DNA of 63,622 nucleotides, the filler included, from Pelomyxa schiedti (lineage: Eukaryota > Protista > Evosea), in assembly GCA_020536535.1 (NCBI GenBank). It is 14 parts of 14 records of this genome, joined end to end, with 100 filler letters (N's around TTAATTAATTAA, not from the genome) between each part and the next. Parts side by side here need not be neighbours in the genome. Positions count along the whole stretch, not along the records: positions 47,523 to 51,945 come from JAHLWZ010001596.1; positions 52,046 to 53,575 come from JAHLWZ010002439.1; positions 53,676 to 55,904 come from JAHLWZ010002060.1; positions 56,005 to 57,676 come from JAHLWZ010002347.1; positions 57,777 to 58,889 come from JAHLWZ010002813.1; positions 58,990 to 60,451 come from JAHLWZ010002490.1; 8 more parts are not named here. One strand, written 5' to 3'. The notes beneath the pieces are model-generated. The model searched no databases. It was not told the origin of the DNA and saw nothing but the letters and a program-made list of their open reading frames with translations. Position numbers and translations under genes: made by a program. Position 1 is the stretch's first letter, and each line of letters starts with the position of its first letter. Positions 48,720 through 60,433 of the stretch are shown here, in pieces.

Positions 48720-49390
48720 ATGACATGGTTCAGAGGAAAAAAGAGAATGCAACAGCAGCTTGAAGTTGTTCATGCATGGCACACGTTTTACTTGGCCTCA
48801 CACTCTCCCGACAGTATGGGTCATGGCCGTTCACTGATGAAACAAAGAGCATGGAGCGCACATCAAGACGGCGGCCGACGGTGGCAACCAAATGGCGCAG
48901 TACTGGCTGTACCTTAAGCGGCCCAGAGTGGTGGTGGTGGTGAGCATACCCACTTGGAGTACTTGCAGCGGTCTTGCATCACAGGGGTTCTGCCTTGCCC
49001 TCCATCAACTGGGTGCGATGTACCGCAACGTCAGCTCGCCAATGGGGGTGGCTTTGAACCGGGAAGAGGGCCTCAGGCTGCTTCGAATCGGAGCCGAAAA
49101 GGGGGACTCATGGTGCCAGTTTCAAATGGCGCGGTCTGTGGCCGAGGAAGGAGACCCAGCCAAGAAGCACGCACGAGTGGCTGAGGTGGCTCAAGCTCGC
49201 CTGAGTGACCAGGGATTGCCAGGTGCACAGTACTCCATGGCACTGGAACTTGGCAACACTGACTGCTGCGGTGGGAAAGGGAAAGAGAACCACCAGGTGG
49301 AATCACTGCGGTTGTTCAAGCTCGCTGCTGCTCAAGGAATGGCTGCGGCGCAAAGCGAACTTGGCATGCTTTACCTGAAAGGAAATGGCC
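48720..49390 (+). pseudogene. Sel1-repeat gene, disrupted and truncated
   Basis: AHIKTAADGGNQMAQYWL; LRIGAEKGDSWCQFQMA; SDQGLPGAQYSMA; FKLAAAQGMAAAQSELGMLYLKGNG. Upstream in-frame stops and a frame change near 48858. Confidence 0.7.
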
Positions 49391-49510
49391 CCACCCCTGC
49401 ATCTCATGACCACTTGCCGTTGCATTCCAGGCCCACTCGTCATTTATCACATCCAGGCCGTTGTGGCAGTGGTGAAAGGTCCTTCCCCTTTTCCAGTTGC
49501 CCCTCCACAC
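49380..49510 (-). pseudogene. Inverted MORN gene fragment
   Basis: WRGNWKRGRTFHHCHNGLDVINDEWAWNATASGHEMQGWG aligns to WRGGSWCRGTWHHPNGVDVYEGEWAWGASAQSHNMQGWG of the 38-41 kb gene. Confidence 0.72.
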
Positions 49511-49648
49511 GTGTCGTCAACAACCGTGGTGGCGGCAACAACACCGACGACTTTTCTTGCAGTAGGCATTGGCCTGTGTTGGGTTTTCCCACATTTAATA
49601 CATCGAATATTTTAGAAGTACGCGTTGACAAGCCCTTTCATCAGACTA

Positions 49649-50438
49649 ATGGCAACGAAACAGGTACAGCAGTGGGGTCCAGAGGGTGCAGTGAAGGTGT
49701 TTGTTTACGACGACGCCTCGTCTGCTGGCGGTGGTGTGTACGCTGGTCGGCTGGTTGATGGCGAGTGCGACGGCCGGGGCACCTGCAAATGGACCAACGG
49801 CAACACCTACGAGGGTGAGTGGAAGGACGGCTTGACGCACGGCAGAGGGGTCCACTGGTGGGCCGACAGCAACACCTACGACGGCGAACTGCGCAAGGGC
49901 AAGGAGGAGGGCTGGGGTGTACCAGTGGCCCAACAGCAGCTGGTTCGAGGGGCTGTGGAGGGACAACCACTGGAAAAGGGGGACCTGGCACCACAGCAAC
50001 AGCAGCCAAGGTGGTGGGAGTTATGTTGGTGAGTGGAAGGACGACGTGTTCCATGGTCGGGGTGTGAGGCTGTGGGCAAACAGTGACAGGTACGACGGCC
50101 AGTGGGTGCAGGGGAAGGAGCATGGTGAGGGAACCAAGATGTGGAGCAGGGATGGATCGTCATTCACTGGGTTGTGGGTGAGGGGTGACCCAATTGAGGG
50201 GACGAGGAGGTGGCCAAACGGTGACAAGTTTGAAGGCACGTTCACACAAGATGGTGGTGGGAGTGGATGGGAGTGCCGTGGTGGTGAGGGTGTTGCAACA
50301 CTGTCACCATCATCTGCAGGCAAGAAGCTCCTTGGGCAGACACTGACGGTGCAAAACAGCGATCCAGGAGTGTGCCAGGAACATCTCAACACTCACTCAT
50401 CAAACTGGAACCTTCAGAGCTGTGCAAGTGTGTCTTAG
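49649..50438 (+). pseudogene. MORN-repeat gene with a 2-nt frameshift near 49918
   Basis: MORN repeats continue in another frame; GGCTGGGGTGTACCAGTGG lacks one GT relative to the expected GGT GTG TAC CAG TGG (GVYQW). Confidence 0.8.
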
Positions 50439-50641
50439 AGAGCACAAGAACTGGAATGGTGGTGTGAAAGATGGAGCTGTGGCAGAGGTGACCATCCTCA
50501 TAAATCAGCGTTATTTGCATCTTTTCTGACTTTTAATTTTCGGCAAAGTGTCAAGTGACATGTGGGAACGCCGGTCGGACTTTTTTTGCGGTAACCAAAA
50601 ACAAGCAACAAAGCAAGCTCTAACTATTTTGCCCATCATCC

Positions 50642-50881
50642 ATGGCCGCAAACAAACCACCCGTCAGTGTTGTGACAATGGTTGTTGACAACATTTCGGT
50701 AGTGTCTGGTGGCGCAACATACACTGGTCGGGTGGTTGATGGGAAACCCGACGGCAGGGGCACGGTAAAATTGCCAGGTGGCGTCACGTACGACAGTGTG
50801 TGGCTCAACGGAGACATGAACGGCCGAGGGGTGTCCAAGTGGCACAATGGCACCTGCGAGGGAGAGTGGCTCACACCCTGA
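50642..50881 (+). pseudogene. Truncated MORN gene (5' part only)
   Basis: GGATYTGRVVDGKPDGRG..YDSVWLNGDMNGRG..CEGEWLTP* matches the start of the 40906 MORN gene, then stops. Confidence 0.7.
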
Positions 50882-52045
50882 TTCCAAAGTGTGTGCAAGT
50901 TCCCCAATTTGGATGGGATTGGGGAGATTTAACACAATTTGTATGAACATTGGGGGGCTGAATTTGTACCCAAATTGGTACTTGAAACCCAAAGTGGGGA
51001 TCTCTCCATCCCACTAAGTCAGACTCAGAAGTCAATTAGCTCCAACTGGGAAGGGACCAACGCGCCCAGGATTAATTAACTGAGTTGATTGTTTATACAC
51101 TTGTCTCCTCTCAGTTGGTGCCTACTGCAGCAAGACGATCTGACTTGGTGCTGAGAGTGTGGATTTTCGGGGAACATGTTTCTGCATCTTCCATTTCCAG
51201 TTGCAAAGAAGAAGAAAGAATAAAATTTAACACCATCTGGTTGCTGGGGGCTGGTGTGGTGCATGTCACGCGGGTGGGTGACTGGTGGTGCGACAGACCG
51301 TCGCATTTTGGTTCCCGAACTGTTGAGGCAAAGCTTCAATCAGTTCTTTTTGTTTTGCTTTGTTTTTTGTGTTTGTTTTATTTCTTTTTCGTTTAGCTTA
51401 GTCTTCTTTCTGTTTTTGTTCTTGTTCTCACAACAACACAGGTCATTGAAGATTCCATGACGAGGAGAAGGGGCACAGCAGTATGTTTCCATTTCTCTTC
51501 TCCATTTTTCTTTTTCGACTTCTCACATTTGAAAACCAGGTGGTGTTGCCGATGTCAGCAGAATGTGTGTGTGTGGGTTGGCACCGGTATTCCCCCAATA
51601 TATCCTGCACAGTCCTGGTGAGCACTTTTACACCCCGGTTTTTGCCCGTTTTAGCGACAATTTTCTTCTCAACTCGGTCTTTTCTAAGTGTTATTTCGGT
51701 GTTGTGCAAGGGGTAAAACTCTCGTTCATCAGCAGAAAGGGTGGAGGTTCCAAATCCATGTGTGCCAGAAAATTTTCCAGACGGACACAAATAGACAAAA
51801 AAAATAACCAAGTTACCAACAAAAAAAGATGAAAATTCTTGGAGTTGAAGAAAAACCTGGAAAAAAATGTGGCAGGGGTGCCAATCTGCTTGTGTTTTAT
51901 TGCTAGGTCAGGAATCCTCTACCATTCTACAAAAAATGAATGCTTNNNNNNNNNNNNNNNNNNNNNNNNNNNNNNNNNNNNNNNNNNNNTTAATTAATTA
52001 ANNNNNNNNNNNNNNNNNNNNNNNNNNNNNNNNNNNNNNNNNNNN

Positions 52046-52220
52046 TTGGTGCGGCTCCAGTCTGCGCAGTTGCAGTCGCCTTGGCCGTCGTCACCGTGAC
52101 GTCATCGCCACCGCCTCCAGCAACGAAACAGCAAAAACGAGTGATGGTGGATGCCGACGCCAACACGCCAAGTTGGTCACGGGCACGCAGGGTGCTGCGC
52201 CCCAGCTCGAACCCCATCAT
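52046..52220 (-). CDS. N-terminal fragment of a probable orphan-superfamily gene
   Basis: MMGFELGRSTLRARDQLGVLASAS carries the ARDQ motif; cut by the gap. Confidence 0.45.
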
Positions 52221-52346
52221 CGTCTTTTTCTTTTTCGGTTATTCTGTGAACTGCGGTGGCTGTGGCGAGATTGATTTCTTCAAACAGATTAATGTCATGT
52301 TGTAAACACACAGGACTCGTTATCATTTCATTGAGAATTAACAACT

Positions 52347-52500
52347 TCACACAGGTTCCAGGGTGAGATGACGACAGAGTGGAAATTTGAGAGTGAGGAC
52401 ACAGAACCCAGTGAATGGCTCAACAACCCTGAAGTGTGATCCATCTGTGCACAAAAGGAACCCTGACTGTGCCCTCACCGTCAATGACTGATGCATCTGG
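52347..52500 (-). pseudogene. C-terminal relic of an orphan-superfamily gene
   Basis: VRAQSGFLLCTDGSHFRVVEPFTGFCVLTLKF, similar at DNA level to 53391-53575; the upstream part is not an intact gene. Confidence 0.6.
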
Positions 52501-53390
52501 TTATTGTTGTTGCCAGATTGGTGGTTCAGTGCCTTCATCTGAACAATTGGAGTTGGTAATGATGACATTGGAGGGGTTGGTTGGGTCATTGCAATCACAT
52601 CAGCAGGTTGTGGAGAAGGCAGAGGCCTCAGCAAAGGCAGGAGAGCTCTAATAAAAGCATAAAGTAAAACCTTGGCCAATGTTCACCTCAGTGTTGGAAT
52701 TGCTGGTGGTCTTATGAGGTACAATTGTTGTTGAACCAAGAGAAGTTGTAGTTACTACTGTATGATCTTATGAGACACAGAACGCACTATGGACTGCAGT
52801 GGTGATTGATTCTGAGGCAATCTCGACTGAGAATTGGACAACAGCGTGGCTTTGAAGCTAACCACACCTAACCACACGAAAATTAATTATCCTTTGAATC
52901 TGGACTATTACCAGAACGAGACAGCAAAGGTAATGATCAGCACACAGTGCTACTGGGTGCACAAATACAGTTTTGATTACATGCACACTTGTCCAAGAAT
53001 CCATTTGAACATCACAGCCTTTTAACCCAATCGCACAACCACTCTGTGAGATTTTACACACTCCCTTTTATCCCTTTCAAAGGAAAGGTCTTGGGTATCT
53101 CAATGATGTTTTTGTGAACTTGATTTCTGAACTTGGTAAAACTGTTTTGGGCCTGTAGAACCCCAAAGGCCTTCTGGTGGGACAAACTCTACACTAGTAT
53201 CATCAACAACACTGCAGCACACCTCCGCAGAGTCACCACCAACACTGCACCCTAGAGATGATGGATTCAGGCATCATCCTTTAGATTATTGTAACTCACC
53301 AGTTTAACCAAATCCCTGTCTGTGTGAGTCTCAAATGTTTTGGTTTGTTCCAAAGGGCTTGGAACAAAGATGGTTGTTTGTCTGCCACTG

Positions 53391-53575
53391 TCACAAAGCT
53401 TGGGTGGACATGAGATCAAAGTTGATTTCCTTGAACAGTGGAAATGTGAGAGTGACAACACAGAACCCAGTGAATGGATCAATCACCCTCAAGTGTGGCC
53501 CTGCTGTGCACACAACGAACCCTGACTGTGCATGCACCTCAAAGATGTCACGGCCGTGGCTGTGGAGTGCTTCCT
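53391..53575 (-). CDS. C-terminal fragment of an orphan-superfamily gene (5' part in gap)
   Basis: FEVHAQSGFVVCTAGPHLRVIDPFTGFCVVTLTFPLF...*. Confidence 0.65.
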
Positions 53576-54595
53576 NNNNNNNNNNNNNNNNNNNNNNNNN
53601 NNNNNNNNNNNNNNNNNNNTTAATTAATTAANNNNNNNNNNNNNNNNNNNNNNNNNNNNNNNNNNNNNNNNNNNNAGGCTACTGCACAGCAACTGAGGTT
53701 CATGCAGATACCTTGTGGTTGTCACTCATGTATCACATCTCTCACCTCTTGGTTGTGGCAACCTTTTTAGATCCACGTTACAAAGACCGCTGCTTCACAC
53801 CTGCTGAGCGTGCAGAATGATAAACTTGCAACTGTTGCTCAGTGTGTTTTCCCAGCATCTCACTTTCACTCACACTCATGTAGTGTCGAGCAAAATCAAC
53901 AGTTCATGATCGAAACTTGACCCATTGGGTGCGTTGGTATTCTGGCACCAACCATGTTGAACACATCCTCTGATATCAGAACCCTTGTGTTCAGCTCCCA
54001 GTTCAGCTGCTCAAGCCTCGCTGTGACCGCAGGTCTCCCTTGAGACCACGCCTGATGGTCTCTCCATGGCCATCATGTTGCTGGTGGTCGATGTTGAGGC
54101 TGACCTGGTGCTCGGGGGGCTTTGGGAGGACAAGCCTGGCTCCTGGTCTGTCTCTCCTGCAGTGCAGTATCTGTTGGTGTCGAAACCTCGGGCTTCACCA
54201 TTCTCATCCTCGTCTGTCCGAAGTGGCAGGCATGCCAGGTTTTCTGAATCATTCACTCGCAGTGATGTGGCTGGTGTGTTTTGTTCTGGTTCTACCTTGT
54301 TACTCCTAGGCATCCTTGACTGTGAGGTTCGTGGTGTGTGGCACCTAAAGTTTGATTGTAGTGTCTCTTTTTCTCCTTTTCTCCTGATTCAACACACTGC
54401 ACCTCACAGTAGTTCCTTCACATTTTTCGGCAAAAAACGGAACTCCCTGATGGTTAGCTTACATCCATGGGCGCGAATGCATATTTTACCTTTGGTAATT
54501 GTAACCCCCAAATCAAGGCTGGAGGATACAACATCAACCTGATACCTGTATCTTCGGAGTTTTTCCGAGAAGGCACTGAAAAATTGGGTGCTTGA

Positions 54596-55267
54596 TCAAG
54601 AGTACTTGGCGAAAATTGAGCCATAACAGAAAGCAGTGGGCACATCAAAGGGCCTTTTCCTTTCAGTGCTAACTTGGCTCCATATTCCCTCAAATTCTTG
54701 TGAGTTCGCCACTTGTCTCCATGAGGAGCACACCCTTGCACATACACACACAGAAACAGCATCCAGTAGGGATAGAACATGCAGCAAGGTGTTCTGGTCC
54801 TTCCAGTGGTGATTGCTTATGGTACTGCTCGGGAGCACACCAGTACCACTCATGGAGCTCACAGAAGAGGTTGTAGGGTTGGTATTATTAGTGGCACTGG
54901 TTGTAACAAAGGCTAGGGTCCTCCGCTTCTTTTTAGCTTTGCGAGGAGTGCTGGTGGTTGATGTAAGAATGAGCGGAATATCTGTGGACGAAGTAATGCT
55001 CCGGGTGTGGAATGGTGGGTGCAGAAAATTCCACAGTGACTCAAAGTAGGCGTAGTAGAAGGACCTGTGGTGGCTGTAGCATGACCGGGCCAAAGCAACC
55101 TCTTCAGGGGTGAATTCTATTGCATATCCAATGTCCGTGCACCACAGAACCACAGCAATAGACACTGGTGAAAATGTGTTTCCTTGTATGCACACAAACC
55201 TCGGCCGTCCAATTTGAGGGTCAGTACCATCATTTTCTGTTGTGTTCGGACATCGGGTGTTGGTCAT
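54596..55267 (-). CDS. F-box protein (F-box in the C-terminal third)
   Basis: DQNTLLHVLSLLDAVSVCVCARVCSSWRQVANSQEFEGIW fits the F-box consensus. Confidence 0.75.
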   Translation of the reverse strand: MTNTRCPNTTENDGTDPQIGRPRFVCIQGNTFSPVSIAVVLWCTDIGYAIEFTPEEVALARSCYSHHRSFYYAYFESLWNFLHPPFHTRSITSSTDIPLILTSTTSTPRKAKKKRRTLAFVTTSATNNTNPTTSSVSSMSGTGVLPSSTISNHHWKDQNTLLHVLSLLDAVSVCVCARVCSSWRQVANSQEFEGIWSQVSTERKRPFDVPTAFCYGSIFAKYS

Positions 55268-56004
55268 TTGTTATAATTACATGATACATTAGAAATACTC
55301 AATGTATCTAAAATCTATCCAACGCCACTTATTTCACTTTTCAATCGAAACGCGTACACACGTTGCAACGTGGTTGATTGGCGTTTGGGGTGCGTGTGCC
55401 TCCCATAACCGGTTAATAAAAGCCGGCCGAGGGTGCGCAGCACCGGCACGTTTATGCGACGGTTCGCCAACGAAACGTCACCACCACAGCGAGAGGAGTC
55501 TCCTGCTGGAATCACCGGCCTGGGCACGTACCACCCGTACCCGACCCCAACACAGTGCTCGCTCATCCAAAAACCTATTTCAAATCCAACAAGGCGACCC
55601 CTCTTTTTGTTATCCCACGATGACAAAGGGGGGGAGTCAGTGCCCAGTGGGCCGCGTGGGTGGGAAATTCTCGTCTCAGGCCCTTGATGTTCTTGCAGTT
55701 GGGACGGAAGTCCAAACAAGGCATTTTCGCGTTACCCCCGTTTCTAGAATGGACGCCACCACGACCACTACCACGACGTCGCCCTGTGTTACTCACGGCA
55801 CGCTGAACACCAACAAGCACGCACGTGCACCAGTCACCGTCGCGTCGGGGGAGCCCCCCTTTGGGCCCAGCTATGCGCCCGCAGCAGCCACACCAACCGC
55901 GGCCNNNNNNNNNNNNNNNNNNNNNNNNNNNNNNNNNNNNNNNNNNNNTTAATTAATTAANNNNNNNNNNNNNNNNNNNNNNNNNNNNNNNNNNNNNNNN
56001 NNNN

Positions 56005-56119
56005 AGGATCCAAAGAAATCACGTTTTCAGTGCATGAGGGTGACACAGGGTTCCACGTTGGTGATTTCACTGTTCCCTTCGACTCCTCCTTGTTTTTCTT
56101 CAACCCAAAAGTGTTATAA
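56005..56119 (+). CDS. Tandem array copy A, 3' end
   Basis: GSKEITFSVHEGDTGFHVGDFTVPFDSSLFFFNPKVL*. Confidence 0.75.
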
Positions 56120-56206
56120 AACAGATTGACCAATCCGTCATGATTGATGAGGGTTCGTCTGCACTGTTGGCAGATATGATTCATAATTTAATTTAATTAT
56201 TATTAA

Positions 56207-57310
56207 TGGGACGGCCAATGAACAACAAAAAGTACCGACCACGGCCAAGTCACAAGTGATGGCCCTCCTTTGTGCTCCAATCACAGAGACAAGAAGAAGC
56301 GGAACACCAACACCAGAAACAACAACGACAACAACAGCAACGGAGCAACCACCACGTGGGTGTAATGATCCTAGTCCCCAGCTTGGTGTCAGTGTTGATG
56401 TTAGTGGTTGTTGCTGTGCCCCACAGTCCATTAGTCAGGATCCTGTTGTGACACACTCACAAACCCTGGAACACGCAATTGTGGAAGTTGGCTGTGATGG
56501 AGAACAGCCAAGACCAGTTGGGAATGTGGATACACCATGTATACTGCTGTATTGCAACAGAAAGTGGATAGTTGGAAGCTACAGTCATTTTAGAGAAATG
56601 AGTGTTTGGAGGGTTGTTGATGGTGATGCGGTTCAACCTGGTTGTATTCTTGAGCTGAATTTTGATAAGTCATTGGGGCTGCATTGTGAGGAGATGTCAT
56701 CGGTGCTTCATTTCTCACCGTTGGATGATGACGTTGTTGTGGTGTCTTCAAGAATACCCTCAAGAGCTGACCCCTACATTTTGAGTTTTTGTGACTTGGA
56801 AGCCAGCACCAGCCAGGGGAAATTCATCGTGACATCAGAGGGGACCTGCGGGCGCAGGCCTCCAGAGAGTGTGCTGTGGAGGCCTGAGGGCTCAATGTGC
56901 AGATTGAATATTGACAGTGCTGTGAATGCTTTCTTCACCACAGACCAGGCAACCAACAAGCGAGTGGTGGATGTTCCAGTGGAAAATAAAGTCATTCCAG
57001 TGGGAACCATGCATGTGTTTGTGAGGGCTGACAACCAGTTCCAGGTGTTCAACACGGGAAACATGAAATCAAAACCAACCATTTGTGTTCCATGCACATG
57101 GGCAGCACCATCACCAAGCACACGCAAGTCATGCCTCATTGCATCAACGTCACACCAACACCCTGTCAATGACAAAGGATCCAAAGATTCAAAATAGCCA
57201 AAGAAATCACGTTTGCAGTGCATGATGGTGCCACAGGGTTCCATGTTGGTGATTTCGCTGTTCCCTTCGACTCCTCCTTGTGTCGCATCAACCTGAAAGT
57301 GGTGCCTTAG
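56207..57310 (+). pseudogene. Tandem array copy B, orphan superfamily, frameshifted
   Basis: TTAKSQVMALLCA..CNRKWIV... The upstream ATG is out of frame relative to copy C, and a 17-nt insertion at 57188-57204 gives a premature TAG before KEITFAVHDGATGFHVG. Confidence 0.72.
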
Positions 57311-57421
57311 GGGAAATCTTTTTTTTGATGATTGACAATCTGTGTGAATGACCAACAATCAATCATTTCTTGGAAGGAGCCGTCGACGGGTTGTCGTTGA
57401 CGAACAACACGCACCACGATT

Positions 57422-57676
57422 ATGGGACAGAACGAATCCACAACACAGCAACGAACACAAGGGACCACAACAACAACAACGGCCAAATCACAAGTGATGG
57501 CCGTTCTTTGTGCCCCAATGTCTGAAACAAGAAGAAATCGTTCAAGTCCCTCTTCTCTTTCCTTGTGGCTTGGTGTTGGTGGTCGTGGTTGTTGTGTTTC
57601 ACAGTCCATGATTGAGTGGATTCAATCAACCACAGTGTTCAGGATGTGGGCTGAGGATTGGGTTCTCAGGCCGTGT
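57422..57676 (+). CDS. Tandem array copy C, 5' end
   Basis: MGQNESTT..TTAKSQVMAVLCAPMSETRR, homologous to the copy B N-terminus; cut by the gap. Confidence 0.72.
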
Positions 57677-57776
57677 NNNNNNNNNNNNNNNNNNNNNNNN
57701 NNNNNNNNNNNNNNNNNNNNTTAATTAATTAANNNNNNNNNNNNNNNNNNNNNNNNNNNNNNNNNNNNNNNNNNNN

Positions 57777-58889
57777 GGACGGTTTGAGCTTTTCTGTGCC
57801 TACAGCAAAATATGTGATATTAATCTTTTGGAGTACCTCACTGACGAAGTTCATGTACCCCTGCCCGAGGTAAAGGATAAGGAACTGTTGAAGGCCATCA
57901 TCACCAACAAGAAAGACAGTGTTCCAGTTGTGGAGTTGATGGTGCACAAGATAGGGGAAGCTAAACTTCAACATTTACTGATGGATAGCTTCATTGATGA
58001 CGCATTGTCTGTCTCGAACTTCACTGTGGCTGACTGGTTGGAACAAAGATACCACATGCTAAAAACCACCCTGAGGCGCCCACACCTGGCACATGTGGCA
58101 AAGAATTGTTTTGGTTCCAACCCACTGAACTGGCTGTTGCAGAGGGTTCCACACAACTTACTTGATGAGAGCGATGTCACAACTGCAGTTGCTCATTGTG
58201 TGTCATTGGACAACTTCCGTGGAGCAGTCCTCTTGTTGAATAACTTCCACTTCCATGATTCTCCTGATGTCAGAACGATGTGGGATGCAGTGCTTTGTTC
58301 ATTGCCAAGGGCCGACATTTATTCAGCACAACAGCTGGCTGTAGGCCGGTTCACACCCTCGCAAGTGGCAGAAAGCTTGACAACCAGATTTGTCACTGTT
58401 CATTCATCTAAAACTGCGAAGTGGCTGATTGGTGAATACAACCTTACAGCACAGCAGCTCAAGGCAAACAACAACAGTTTGCTGTTCCAATTGATCAGAG
58501 GATCCAAGACAAGTTGTGCTGATTGGTTCATCAGAAACTTCGCTGTCACTCTGCCTGAGGTTGACTGACACTCAACAATGTTCTCTCCTTCAACAAGTTC
58601 ACTCAACAACAAACAGGTGTTGCTGATGTTTGAGAAACAATCATCATCACATATAGACTTCCCCTCCCGCGAGACACAGATATCTGAAATGAGACTATCA
58701 ACGTGGAAGATGCTCCTGCAGCGATTCCCAGGGATTACAGCAGAGACTGTGAGACAGCACTGCATGAGGGTGGTCTCAGCATCACCCAGCCACATTGAGT
58801 ACTCTATTCGCACCCTGGGTCTCACAGCCAAGGAGATAGCACTCTACTGCCAGGCACACTTCCCCTGTACACTCCCCACAGACACACGC
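57777..58889 (+). pseudogene. Helical-repeat (ankyrin-like) orphan gene with one in-frame TGA
   Basis: One frame is open across the whole segment except TGA at 58566-58568. Repeating WL..[FY] helices: ADWLEQRY, LNWLLQRV, AKWLIGEYNLT, ADWFIRNFAVT. Confidence 0.6.
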
Positions 58890-60226
58890 NNNNNNNNNNN
58901 NNNNNNNNNNNNNNNNNNNNNNNNNNNNNNNNNTTAATTAATTAANNNNNNNNNNNNNNNNNNNNNNNNNNNNNNNNNNNNNNNNNNNNTTATGGATGGG
59001 TTGGGCCACAGTCTGTTGGCCATAGGTTCCCTTTGCTGGGTACAATAGATACCCAGGGAATAAAGTGCATGAAGGTCATTGACTTGTGTGCTCAACACCA
59101 TCACGTTAATCTTGTACAAAGAGCTAAGGATTGTGAGTCAGCACACTCTTCCACAAAATTACAACTGTCACTTTGTCTTCAATGTCTCCTAGGTCTATAA
59201 AATTTCAATGGTACAAGAGACTTCTTAAATACCACAAGTCTCTTGGGGAAGTAGTATGTCCCACAACACCCCAAAAATTCGGATGTTGACAAAAAAGAAG
59301 GAGATGATTGTGAGGTGTGCAACCCCAACGAACCCCTGCGCCGCCTCGTGGATCTGTCACAGAGCTTTGGGAAATGACCCTTCAGCCACCCCACCCCGTC
59401 CGGCGAGTGTAGCCCCACGGCGCTCGACGCGCAGGGAACCACATCATCAGAGGGGCATGGGCAGTCAAAGGGCCACGGATTGCTCGCAGTGAGCACAGTG
59501 GCAGACCCTGAGACAACACATTTGAGTTGAGGCTCGCGGAGGAAAATCAGCCCCCCAAATTATCGATGAAATCGTCAACCTCGGGGGCAAAATTTCGAAG
59601 AAGGGTTAAACTTGGGTTTTTTACGAGAAAACTGTTTGGGTTTGTGGTTGGGCTTCCAACGGACAACTCCACAATTCTTGATGTTAAAGTCGAAGGAGCA
59701 CACCTCAATTGCATCAACCTCCGAAGAAAGGTGACAAACTCAGCCCATAAACCAGCACAGATTTTCCCAGCGGGTTAATTATGGGATTTGTCCAACAATG
59801 GTCCCCGAGAGAGCTTCTGAATCAACAATTCTTTGAAAGGGTGGCGGTTGCTGTAATCCTCCCCCTCTTCCTTCATGTTCTCTGAATTCGGGCCTTTTAG
59901 TTTTGTATGTTGTGTGTGTTTTTGGGTGCTTGAGAGGGGAGTTTGTGTGGTTGTTGCAGTGGGTTTTTTTACTGTTTGACTCATGGATGTTACCAACATC
60001 AGTACACAGGAAAGATGTGGGAGGTCCGGTCGCCGTTGGATCATTTTGAGGACCAGGGCAGGCACAAATGTACACGAAGGCAGTAGGGACCCAGTCTGGT
60101 CCGGAACCGTGTTTGATGGTGTCTTGTGCAGAACAAGAGGAATCAGGAGGTGGTTCGGGAGATGGAGGAGGAAGATATCATGCCGGAATCCTTCTTTACA
60201 AGCGTAGTGAGAAAAATAAAAACCAA

Positions 60227-60433
60227 ATGAGTGGGTCCACGGTTGAGGGTGCAGCAGCAACAACAACAACGGCGGCGTTGCCAAACGACGAGGCGGGGTA
60301 CATAGTGCGTGAGCTGTACTCGGCGGAGCAGATACGGCAGCGGGTGAGAGCACTCGCGCAGCAGATCCACGACGAGTACCGCCCGCTGCTCACAAGCTTC
60401 GACGACCAGTTGGTACTGGTGGCGATACTGAAG
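60227..60433 (+). CDS. HPT: Hypoxanthine phosphoribosyltransferase, first exon
   Basis: LYSAEQIRQRVRALAQQIHDEY..QLVLVAILK, then a GT donor and the gap; typical HPRT N-terminus. Confidence 0.8.

Noticed and set aside
51443-51811. ORF with faint similarity to nucleosome assembly protein (TEITLRK..KNRGVKVLTRTV)
   Set aside because: Lacks the conserved W and SFFNFF of NAP1; too weak to call.
59650-59720. Minus-strand VCSFDFNIKNCGVV resembling a RuvC/A22 resolvase first strand
   Set aside because: Only ~15 residues, the conserved Gly is missing, and stops flank it.
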